From positions 4,278,001-4,342,000 of the forward strand of contig NC_135250.1 in assembly GCF_964204865.1 (NCBI RefSeq): a stretch of DNA of 64,000 nucleotides. Reading direction: 5' to 3'. The DNA is from Styela clava. Taxonomy: Eukaryota. Positions within the stretch are counted from its first letter, which is position 1, and each line of letters begins with the position of its first letter. This document shows, piece by piece, positions 1 through 20,510 of this stretch. A model generated the notes under the pieces. That model was not told the DNA's origin and ran no database searches. It saw only the letters and a list, made by a program, of their open reading frames with translations. Position numbers and translations under genes: made by a program.

Positions 1-782
1 GTATATATGCATTATATAGTCACAATTGCAGCTGCGGCGGATAATACTGCAAAAATGATTGACAGGTTATTTGCAAAATTTTCACAGGATCTGAGTTATG
101 TTTTGTCACAACCACCCACATGTCAGTGTATAGCACAGATATGTTTTTCTTTTCTCTCCCACCACCATTGCGACATCGTGATGCTCTTATATTATTACAG
201 TTTTATTACAAATTTTCATGCAATACAACGGAAGCGGAAATAATAGACGGCCTATGAAAAGGCCAGTTTTGTTTGATGAAATCATAACTAAGACACCGCG
301 TCGTCGTGCTCGCTGCCGAATAGACTCGGGGAAACGTCCCTCGTACTGCAACCGAACCGACACCAGAGTTTACTTTCAACGTTTGGTTACAAAAATAAAT
401 ACTCCGGCTCTTGATCCTGGTTTTAAGAAATCGACTCCGTCACCTTCGACTCCCGCGTAACAAAAATTTCAATACAATATATCTGGCAAAATTATTTTAG
501 TTTCAATTGGAAAAATCAAAATTTACGGCTACGCGATTTTTGAAAAAACGGTTCCAATACTCATGATTCCATGTTTGCTTCACAGACTAGCACAGCGGTT
601 CGTAAACTTTTTGTTCGTGCGGTGCCACCGGCAACGGGTCTGCAATTTAATTCCAATGTAAAGTAATTTATGATTTGATAGCTTACAAAAGATTTTATAG
701 ATTTGGTTTAAATACCATACTTTTGTTTTAGTATATTTACTTACTCATTGTTAAGCTGTTGTAAACTACGAAATCACTCAAA

Positions 783-2622
783 ATGAAGATATTCTTGACT
801 GCATGCTTGTGCTTCATGTTCGTCGCGAGAGGTTCGTATTTCAGCGGTTTTTTAAACTTGTTTTCTTGGCTTTAAATAAAAAATTATGGTACTCCCGTAG
901 TGTGTGTACCAGGTTAGGAATAGGCCATAGTTTTATTAGGCTTTTACGTATTTTAGTTCTATTACGAGTCCGAAGTGAATATCGAAGTGAATTTTTTGTA
1001 ATCTAAAAACCACTCGTTGAATTATTGTTATTTATTTTATCACTTATAATTCAGGTTACGCGATTCAATGCTACACTTGTATTAACTGTCGCGATGCCAA
1101 AAATCTAGTTGCTTCTCAACTCGTGAACTGCTCTAGCTCATTCATGACGTGTCAAAAGACTTCCATAAACGGTGAGTGCTTTATACACCATACACATTGC
1201 TTTAGAACGTTACTGCATGGATCAGTGGTTTTCAACAATTTCATATTCAAATGCTGGACATTTTCGAATACCTGGTGATTACAGAATCGAATCGAATAAT
1301 ATTTTCGAATCGATACTCGAATATATCGAGTGTTCTATTGCAATGGATCCTTCAGACACATAATTTAGTGACGTATTCGATTACTCAGACAGTTCGCCGA
1401 GTGTCCACACACATTGATAAACATGTTTCATTAATAAATCTCTTGGAAAAAAGAGTCGCATTATTTTGCATTTTGAAAATATGACTTGAGTCACTTCGAT
1501 CTTTTTCGAACAAAAAAACAAGATGGCGAAATTTCTATTTAAACCGATTCGAATAATGTATTGTTCGATCGATTCGAAATGCCCATCCCCAGTTTAATTT
1601 GAATAAAATTTTTAGACGTTGTTACACGAACTTGTGGAGTCTCAACTACTACCGGATGCAATAAAGTCACTCTTGCTACTATAACCACGGAAACTTGCAG
1701 CTGCAAAGGGGGTGAGTCATTGTATCATTTTTTATACTTTTATACGCATTTCTCTCCACACAAGGCTCGGTACTCCCGTAGTATGTGTATCAGGTTAGGG
1801 TTAGGCCATAATTTTATTCCGATTTTCCTTATTTTAGTTCTATTACGAGTTCGGGACTGTCTGTGTTAGCCAAGTATATACCCCCTGCCGATAGGTTTCA
1901 GTCCTTTTAAACCAGGGGTCGGCAACCTTTTGTCGCTCGCGGGCCAAATTTAAGGGTTGCAAGTCATTGGCGGGCGCACATATTTTTAGAAAGTAGAAAA
2001 CCGAACGGATGATACTTTTTATAATAAAAATCAATCAGTGATCCATCTCTCGAATAGAATATAGATTTATTTCCTCATTGCAATGCCTCTCAAAAAATTC
2101 CATCTGAATATTTTTGGCGCCATTGAACCCTTTGCACTTAGCATCAACTTTTCTTCGTTTTGGTGCCATTTGTTAAATTATAATCAAATTATAGGCTCAT
2201 TAAACGAGTAATTGTGAATTTTATACTTGTTAGATTATAATACTATTTAGTCTACACTTGTCTCACACTAAATTCTGTTACGGAAAGAATCAAAACAAAT
2301 ATTTTGTAGGTATAATTCAGTGAAGCGTCGCGGGCCGGATTATATTACTTCGCGGGCCCTGGCTGTAGGTTGCCGACCCCTGCTTTACACAATTAGTTAC
2401 TTCCATATTGGTACACACACTTCTGGAGCGATGTATAATGCGGTTCAACTCTCTTTATTCAAACAAACGAAAATAAGTCGATATTTTAAAAACAAAAGTG
2501 TCATCACGTTTGTTAATTTTTTTCAAATTTATTCAGATAAATGCAACGGAGCTGGAACCGTGAAATCGAGCATCATAGTTGGATCCGTTATCAGCCTCCT
2601 TGTTGCTAAATTTCTTCTTTAG
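783..2622 (+). CDS. Ly6/uPAR (three-finger) GPI-anchored protein, copy A1, 115 aa, no stalk
   Basis: Exons 783-831, 1055-1171, 1616-1711, 2537-2622, all GT-AG and phase 1, give MKIFLTACLCFMFVARGYAIQCYTCINCRDAKNLVASQLVNCSSSFMTCQKTSINDVVTRTCGVSTTTGCNKVTLATITTETCSCKGDKCNGAGTVKSSIIVGSVISLLVAKFLL*. This has a signal peptide, a 10-Cys LU pattern ending CxC..DKCN, and a hydrophobic GPI-type C-terminus. Confidence 0.9.
1913..2382. mobile_element. hAT-type MITE nested in a Merlin-like MITE (A1 intron 3)
   Basis: TIRs CAGGGGTCGGCAACC...GGTTGCCGACCCCTG with an imperfect 8-bp TSD (ttttaaac/ctttacac). It interrupts a copy of the ggtactcc repeat that spans 1769-2430. A second copy is at 62234-62641. Confidence 0.8.
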
Positions 2623-3844
2623 ACAAGAAATAACAAAATTAAATTTAAGTCGATTAAAGTATTGCATATGAATTACATTATAGAATATATAACAAACTTT
2701 TTACTTTTTTTTCGAACAAAGATTAAGATAACCACTCATGCTGCATATTCAAACAATTCTACTTTTTCCAAGAATCCTTGATCTCAGTTGGCATATAGTC
2801 TACTCCAGGGATGGACAAATTATGGCTCGCGGTCTCCCCAAGTATTTTGAGCGGCCCCCTGCTACTACATAAAAACTACCTAAAAAATTTAGTTATCTTA
2901 TATTGATTTCAATTATCTAAACTATGAATTTTTTTGAAATGATATTCATGTTTTTTCGTCACCGGTTTAACAATATCAGTCACCATTAAATTTGACACTA
3001 TCATAGCGAATGGGAATAGTGGATGTGACGTCACGGTCAATTCGTTGTAACGCTGAATCATAATAAGCACTGTGTGACAAACGCCATCTAGTGGAGCTTT
3101 GGCAACGAAACTGAAGACGTTTTTTACTCGCTGTTGACGTAATTTATGAACAAGCTTGGTCATATATGAATTATAGATTATTTGAACGTAGTTGTCTTAT
3201 ACAAATTTCAATACAGGAAACGATGCGTCTCATGTTCGCCATTTTATTTCAAAAGAAAAGAATTGCAATGAGTCCAGATATAGCACCGGGTATGTTTCGG
3301 ATATCCGGCGATATCCGGCTTCATTATTTCAATTATTTGTTTTATTTTTTTTTATTTTGTGTAAACAATATATTGAACAAAAATGCAATATTTATGACGT
3401 CATATTTTATGACTGACGTATTTTATTTCATTTTCGAATAAATTGATATCAATATTCAAAGTGTTCTGGTTTGAAATTTTAGAAACTGGGGTAAAATATT
3501 ACATTAGTAATTTACTTATGAGATTGTATTCTTGCCATTGTCGTTACTCCTGCAGTATAACTACCAGGTTAAGGTTAGGCCTAGCTATTCCGATTTTCTT
3601 TATTTTAGTTCTATCACGAGTTAGGGGCTGTGTTAGTCAAGCAAATATACACCCTGCTCATAGGTTTCAGTCCCTTTATACAGCTTGATGTAAAGTAGGC
3701 AAACAAAATTAGTTACCTCTATATTGGTACATACACTTCTGGAGCGCCGATAACTATTTTTGGACACAAAATGGTACTGTGGAGCGTTTTATTATTATTA
3801 TTATGTTGTTAGTAATTTTCTTGTTGTTGTTGTATTGACAAAAT

Positions 3845-4010
3845 CCGACACTTTTACCAAATATTGTGACGTTGCTGGGATCGCCACCAATTGATTATAT
3901 GTTGTCTCGGACCCATCTGTTGCATAAAAATATATTAAAAGGATTCATTAAAAATTTCAAAGTGAAAAATAACAAAAATTTCAAAATTTTACAAAATTGA
4001 CCGCGAAAGG
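3845..4010 (-). pseudogene. Orphan duplicated fragment of the carboxylesterase catalytic-serine exon plus upstream intron
   Basis: Closely matches about 15077-15241 (accaaatattgtgacgttgctgggatcgccaccaa...gtctcggacccatctgttgca). GESAG has decayed to GKSVG and no other esterase exons are nearby. Confidence 0.85.
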
Positions 4011-4793
4011 TTTTTTTTATGCACCGAGTTCAACAATTACTGTCAGTCATGAAAAGTATACAGTATGCTGTGTCATTGCTTCAGGAAATATTATTCAGCA
4101 AAATATGGAGTCAGCTCAAATGTAACAACTGGGTATTTAAAATGCGCAATAAAAAATTTCTTCGCGACATTAATAACGGCGGGAAATTTTTATTCAGTTA
4201 GCCAGATGTGAAATTCATATCTATAAATTTATAGTGACGTTTGATAACGTCGAAGGCGAAATACTCCACGGCAGTTAGGTCATCTTGGGTTTCGTTTTCT
4301 GTTGTTACAACTCCTTACAATATACACCGACATGCGATAAACCTACTTCTGATTATAGTATTAATATTATCTAGTACATTATCGAGTATTCAAACTTTTT
4401 AAGTCAGCCGGAGTGCTAGGTAATGATCTATGAAACAGCCGCGTTATGATCGCTTATGTGAATAAATACAAGCTCACGTATCGCATGATTAAATGTGAAT
4501 ATATTCCACTGCCATTTGCCATAAATTAATGCTTATAAAATTAACATTTCCTTCGCAGGCGTGATGGTTTGTAATCGCAATATGGAAAGTTAATGCGTCG
4601 CGATTTTAGAAAGTTCGGGAGATTTTTAGAAGATTGGCGCGAACCACTGCCTTTGTTTGCAAGATATATCTCAAGTTCATTGGCCCAGCATTCTTTTTGC
4701 TTCCAAATCTTTATTTTCTTGAATCAGGATATTTCCTAAGTAACCATTTAACTTTTATAAACATGAACGTTATTAGGTTGATATTATTGCATG

Positions 4794-5025
4794 GATACTC
4801 CTGAAGTATGCGTACCAATATGGCGGACACCGGAACGTAGTATATGTGTACCAGGTTAAGGTTAGGCAATAATTTTATTCCAACATTCCTTATTTTAGTT
4901 AAATTACGAATTCGGGGACTATCCAAGTGACTCCCGTAGTATTTGTACCTGAAATTATGGCCTAAACCTAACCTGGGACACATACTGCGTTTCGGTGTCC
5001 GCCATATTGGTACTTCAGGAGCACC
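4794..5025. mobile_element. Merlin-like palindromic MITE (long form)
   Basis: Long TIRs (GGTACTCCCGAAGTATG..CCAAGATGGCGGACACCGGAACGTAGTATGTGTACCAGGTTAGGGTTAGG consensus) and a near-8-bp TSD (attgcatg/atttcatg). Other copies at 14660-14895, about 17037-17253, 43526-43760 and 63971-64000 (cut by the window edge). Confidence 0.8.
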
Positions 5026-6210
5026 ATTTCATGTATAACGACATCAGGTAGTAGATGATTGAGTATAATGTGTATTTTTCATTAGGTTTTTGAACCGCTA
5101 TGGGATGGTTGTGTTTAACATCGGTGAAATACCTGCATTTATCTTTATATACAGCAGACATTGTTTTCATAGTTTGTAGTTTTTTTCAAATCTCCAAACC
5201 TTTCGACTGAAAACAAATAGAAATTGTAGCATCATTGTCGCTGAAATTGCGAAAAAAAATTTTGTTATGAAAAAATCCCACACGCACATAGTTAGAATTG
5301 TCTCTCAAATTACAAATCGCAAGAAATTTTTTCCCCCTTGTTGAAAAAATTCTACATTCGCAAAACGCCGAGTTGAAACCGCAAATTTTCCAAAGGATCT
5401 ACGTTATATTTTGTTACATCAATCCTTTCTGCATATGCCATATGTCAGTCCAGGCAACGAGTATTTTCGTTCTTGTTTTGCACCAACATTGCAACATCGC
5501 GATGCTCTCTCATACTATATAACAGCGTTTTGTTCGATTTTTTTTTCGATACTCTTCTAGACTGAGGGAGCGAAAGCAAAAATAATAGACACAACTAAAA
5601 CGTTGTTTCGTTTTGGTCGCAAAAAATACTTCTGAACTTTCTTTGGTAGAAAATAAGACTTCGACTCGGAAATTTTATAAATAAAGTCAGATAATTGATT
5701 TATTTGCCCGATGACAGTAATTTGAAGTATCGTTTAGTAAATCCTTTCCATGGTTGTAGAAATCTAATTACGTAGCGTAACTAATTACAAAAATAATAAA
5801 TACGGTTCTTGCAATCTTTTTAGGATAAAAATTATAGAATTAAAAATCATATTATACGGTTACGAATCTATAGCAAAATGATATAAATGTATCAGCAGTT
5901 AAAAAATTAAAACGTTTAAACAACGTAATACGAATGGAAAAAAGCTCACAGATGAAATACAAATGGCGGCAAAAAGCGCAAGCGATTCCGGTTTTAGGCG
6001 GGGTCGTTGAAATTTGAGACCGCAAACCTGTAATGACGTAACGCCCACGTCACCGGCAACGGTCTACCATTTTATTTCCAATATGAGTAGTTTATGATTT
6101 GATAGCGTATAATAGATTTTGTAGCTTTGGTTTTAATTTTATACTTAATTTTATTTTTAGTATATTTACTTACTTATGGGTTGTTCAAAGGTTTAATTAA
6201 ATTACTGAAA

Positions 6211-7816
6211 ATGAAATTACTGTTGATTGCATGCTTCTGCTACATGCTCGTCAAGACAGGTTCGTATTTCCGCGATTTTTCAATTTTTTTTTTTTCTGGA
6301 TTAAAAATAAAAAACTATTTCGAACAATTTTTTGAAATACACAAACGACTCGTTAACATATTGATATTCATTTATTAAATATTATCCAGGTTACGCGATT
6401 CAATGCTATGCTTGTATTTCCTGCAACGCTTTCGTCATAAACCTTGCTGCTTCACCAATGATGATCTTTTCTAGCTTATTCGCGACTTGTCACACAAGAT
6501 CTGTAAATGGTGAGTGCCTTCATACATCTTACACATTGTTTTTAAAATTTTACTGCATAAACCCGTAGTCTCAACAATTTCATTTTCAAATACTTTTTAT
6601 TTTACTCATAGTTTGCTGATTGTTCACGCACAATAACAAACGTGTCTCGTCAATAAATCACCCACATGTCAGTTTGTATTTACAAAAATATGCTTCAACA
6701 AAAATAAATGACGGATTCACAAAATAGAAACATTTCGAAATTTTTGTCAGAACCCCAATTCGAACAATTTACTGTTCGATTCGAAATGACATCTAGTTTA
6801 ATTTGAACATAATTTTTAGACGTTGTTACACAAACTTGTGGATACCTTACCACTACCGGCTGCAATAGTCATATGCGCACTTGCATTTGCCAAAAGTGTA
6901 AGTCATATTATTTTTTTTATACTTTCAAACGTCATTTTCTCTGTACAAGCGGCCACTGCTAGGTAGTGAGATACATTGGAAGGACTGGAACTTTTTTGCG
7001 CCTCATTTTCTAGCTCGGCGTTGCCCTGTTTATCACACCCAAGGTGGGGTGGTGTACATAGGATTTATACCTGAGATTTTTAAGCGGCGATGGGAAACGT
7101 AATAGTACAACGCTTCCACCATTATGCTTCAGACTCAGTATATAAATTGAATCCTCATCTCTCGCAAACCTACCATGAAATTTTTTATGAGTTTTTTATA
7201 CTTTTCCATCCTGAAAGAGGCTTTTGACAAAGAAGTACTAAGGTACATATTGAAATCGATCGAAAGCATTTGGGTGGGAAGCTACCATTTCAGTTCGGAA
7301 TTGTCAATCAAGTTTATTAGACCTTGCATGGGTGAGGTGGTTTGCATGGGATTTGAACCTGAGATGTTTGGATGCGATGAAAGCAAAATTAACAATTCAA
7401 CTATAATGCTTCAGGTTTATTTTTTTCTTCAACACTGACAATCTTACTATTAAAATCGTTTGAAGGACGAAATCCGATTCTGTATTAAATACTCAATTTA
7501 TTACATCATGCATGGGGGTTGAATCTGTGATCGTCATATCCAAGTAAATAGAAAAATAAAATGTAAATTTAGTAGGTAATAGTTTTTTTTTAAAATCTAT
7601 TCAGATGCATGTAACGGACCCGATACAACCGCTGCAGCAACAACTTTGACCTCTGAACCCACCACCACTCCGATCACTGAACTCATCAAATCTTTGACCT
7701 CTAAACCCACCACCACTCCGATCACTGAACTCATCAAATCAGGCGCTGGAACCATCAAATCAAGCATCATAGTTGGATCCGTTATCAGCCTCCTCGTTGC
7801 TAGGTTTATTGTTTAG
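6211..7816 (+). CDS. Ly6/uPAR GPI-anchored protein, copy A2, 152 aa, 9 Cys, 42-aa stalk
   Basis: Exons 6211-6259, 6390-6509, 6820-6897, 7605-7816 read open: MKLLLIACFCYMLVKTGYAIQCYACISCNAFVINLAASPMMIFSSLFATCHTRSVNDVVTQTCGYLTTTGCNSHMRTCICQKYACNGPDTTAAATT(LTSE/KPTTTPITELIKS)x2GAGTIKSSIIVGSVISLLVARFIV*. The fourth Cys is replaced by Phe. Confidence 0.8.
7646..7741 (+). repeat. 48-bp in-frame tandem duplication in the A2 stalk exon
   Basis: Two copies of ttgacctctRaacccaccaccactccgatcactgaactcatcaaatc. Confidence 0.9.
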
Positions 7817-7918
7817 AGTTAGACCAGAAATACGAAAATTAAGTTGGTTGAATTATTACATATAATTTTCATAATAGATTGTATCACAAAATTTTCTTTT
7901 TTTCTGAACAAAGCTCTA

Positions 7919-8223
7919 GACGAGAATATCGGTCGGAGACCGAAGACTTATCGATCGGAGGTTAGGGGATCCCCCAAAACAGCGCTCTCACTCCATAGTG
8001 ACACCGTGTGTCCCATCACTATTTAAAAACTAAATCGCTAATTATACGACATAATTTATCGAAAATCAATAGACTTTTGATCCGAGCTATGATGAATGCA
8101 CATGCAAAATTTGGAGCAGATTCAACTCCGCTTTCGTGAGATATCGCGTACAACTAACAGACAAACAAACAAACAGACAAATACCTATCAACATACTTAC
8201 CGATCTTAAGATCGATAAGTAAT
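7919..8223. mobile_element. Helentron-associated (HINE/DINE-1-like) non-autonomous element
   Basis: Subterminal inverted motif acttatcgat...atcgataagt, terminal hairpin cttaccgat..atcgataag and an (ACAG/ACAA)n microsatellite. A near-identical second copy is at 11014-11296. The family assignment rests on structure only. Confidence 0.6.
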
Positions 8224-9425
8224 AAGCACCAATTCACATTTAAACGAAACCAATTTTTTCAATGCCCGATTAATTCCTTTGACGTGTGGTCTACCCTAGC
8301 GATGGGCAAACTTGGGCCCGCGGGCCGCCAAGCGAATGCAAATAGTGACTATGGCGTCACAATTAATTTCTCAATGCGATTAAACAATTTGGTTTGTTAT
8401 AACGAGTTGTTTAAGATAACCGGAATTCAAAGTAACGCTGAATCATAATAAGCTCTATGCGATTGGCGCCATCTAGTGGAGCTTTGGCAAAGAAACTGAA
8501 TACGTTTGTTACTCGCTGTTGTTGACTTATTTTATGATAAAGCGTGGTTATACATAAACGATAGATAAATTGAATGTGAGTTACTTGTCTTATACAAATT
8601 CCAATACAGGCAAAGTTGAATCTCATGTTCGCCATTTTATTTCAAAAGAAAAGAATTGCACGGAGTTCGATATAGCACCGGATATGATTTGGATATCCGG
8701 ATTTGTTTCTAATTCTTTCCTTGTGAAACTAGAGAATCTAGAGAACTTTGCGACCGGATATTTTCGGGTATCCGGTTTCATTATTTTAATTTTTTGTTTC
8801 ATTTCTTCTCATTTCGTGAAACAATATATTGAACAAGAATGCACGATTTATGACGTCATATTCTATGACTGAGGTATTTTTTTTTCATTTTCGAATAAAG
8901 CGTTTTCAATGTTCAAACTGTTATGATTGAAATTTTAAAAAGCTGGGTAAATATTACATTAGTAATTTGCTTATGAGATTGTATTATTATATTGCCATTA
9001 CTCCCGTAGTATACGTACCCGGTTAAGGTTAGGTTATAATTTTATTCCGATTTTCCTTATTTTAGTTCTATCACGAGTTAGGGTCTGTGTTAGCCAAGTG
9101 AATATACCCCCTTCCCATAGGTTTCAGTCCCTTTACACAACTTGATGTAAAGTAGGCGAACAAAACTAGTTATCTCCATATTGGTACACACACTTCTGAG
9201 CCTCCATTGCCAGCTTAAAAAAAATGCTTCCAGCTTTACAATACAAAGCAATAACTTATTTTTTTTGAGTCGCAAGTATTTGAACGATAGATTACGATAT
9301 CGTTACTGTGAAAGATTTGATGCCCGGTACTACTTTTTTTATCCTTCGTGTCCATATATTCGAGCATTGCTGTCAACGCTTCGAATAAAATTAGTTTTGC
9401 TTCAGTCAATCGGAAATAAAAAAGG

Positions 9426-9536
9426 GGTGCTCCAGAAGTATGCGCCCCAAGATGTCTCACAACCTGCACCCTGACCGGTACACACATACTATGTTCAGGT
9501 TGTGCGCCATCTTGGTGCGCATACTTCTGGAGGTCC
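9426..9536. mobile_element. Merlin-like short palindromic MITE
   Basis: GG...CC termini with the exact 8-bp TSD aaaaaagg. Sister copies: 18004-18113 (exact TSD ggcaaacc), 21720-21829 (gtttattt/gtttattc), 42766-42876 (exact aaatgttc), 22178-22270 (truncated). Confidence 0.8.
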
Positions 9537-9663
9537 AAAAAAGGAGCCTCTTGCTTTATGAATTGCATTTAAATTTCATTTTTGCAAACATAATAAATTA
9601 AAAGCAATAAAATTTGCATAATTTTCAACGAATACTAGATGAGGAATAGTTTGCTCTTAAATT

Positions 9664-19065
<9,402 letters not shown>

Positions 19066-19864
19066 TTCGAAATTCTATTTAAATAGATAACTGTAAACAC
19101 TGTAAATATTAGGATAAGCGACACTATGTGCCGCTATACTGATCAGAGACTTAACCTTTATTATCAAGCTAAAAGAAATTCAGCGGAATGTACAATCAAT
19201 CCGAAACCTTTCTTGAGAAGTTCACTCATTTTGTCTCGCTCGTTATAATTTCCATGCCCGACAACTAATACGCATATACAATAAAATAGGAAGGTTTTAT
19301 AGTGTCATTTCCAAGAATGAATAAATTCTTCTTGTTGACTAAAAATAGAAAACAAAAATGAAAGAATGCTTCTTTCGACTAAAAGTAGTCCGTTATTCTT
19401 ATAGTAATTGGATGTTATGTCTGAAATGCACGCATTTCATCGGACATGGGATTTCCCCTGGTACGTGATGCAAGGTCCTGCAAATGCCACAAGCTAAACA
19501 ATGTGGTGTTTAATTCTATTGTTTTTTGCATTTTCACTTGACATTTTTGTTTCGCATTTTAATTAATTGGGGTATCGCTGACTCGATGATGATCGAGAAA
19601 CTGATATCTAACGATACCTTGAAGAATCTCTTCACAGATTTAGTTTGCTGTCGAAGTTATCCAATCTATACAAGCGAGTATTTTCATCTATCTTGCTTGG
19701 TTCTTTTTAAGGAGGAATTGATAGTACGCGAAAAATTTTGGGCTAACAGTGAATCGCTCAGGAATACAGCAAAATAGTGTTGAAAAGGGAATACTAATTT
19801 GTGTCTCGTGCAAATGCCGCAAAATCACAGTTCACCACATATGTTAAAAGTTGTTGGGCCCCCG

Positions 19865-20510
19865 ATGACGTCAGCCTTCTTTTTAATTCAGACACATTTC
19901 ATGGTAAGTCGGAATAATATTTTTATTTCTTTTACTTACTTATTGAAATATACATAGAGTAGCCCTGCGTCTCGATTTAATGGTAACAACGCGGAATTGC
20001 TGAAATTATCTGACGCACGACACGCAAACCTTATGTAGTGGACGACGTCAGTTTCATTTTTGAGTTTGGACGCAAAAGCATGGTAAGTCTCGCCGGAACG
20101 TAAGTTTGATCTCACTAAATTACTTATTGAAATATACAGAATGTAGCACTACGTCTCGATTTAATAGTAACAACGCGGAATTGCTGAAATCATCTGACGC
20201 ACGACACGCAAGCTTTACGTAGCGGACGACGTCACATTCATTTTTGAATTTAGACGCAAAAGCATGGTAAGTTTTGCCGGAACGTAACTTTGATCACACT
20301 GAATTACTTATTGAAATATACAGAATGTAGCCCTACGTCTCGATTTATTAGTAACAACGCGGAATTGCTGACATCATCTGACGCACGACACGTACACTTC
20401 ACGTAGCGGACGGCGTCAGTTTCATTTTTGAATTTGGACGCAAAAGCATTGGTTAGTCTCGCCGAATCCTAATTGTTATTTAATCCAATTACTTGTTGAA
20501 ATATACTTAC
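19865..20510 (+). repeat. ~184-bp tandem repeat, ~3.5 units, carrying GACGTCA and ATG-GTAAGT
   Basis: gacgtca-like cores at 19867, 20044, 20228 and 20412. The shared block ttacttattgaaatatac...gtaacaacgcggaattgctga...tctgacgcacgacacg recurs in each full unit. Confidence 0.9.

Noticed and set aside
19865-20510. CRISPR-like array
   Set aside because: Whole 184-bp units are homologous with no unique spacers, the context is eukaryotic, and there are no cas genes.
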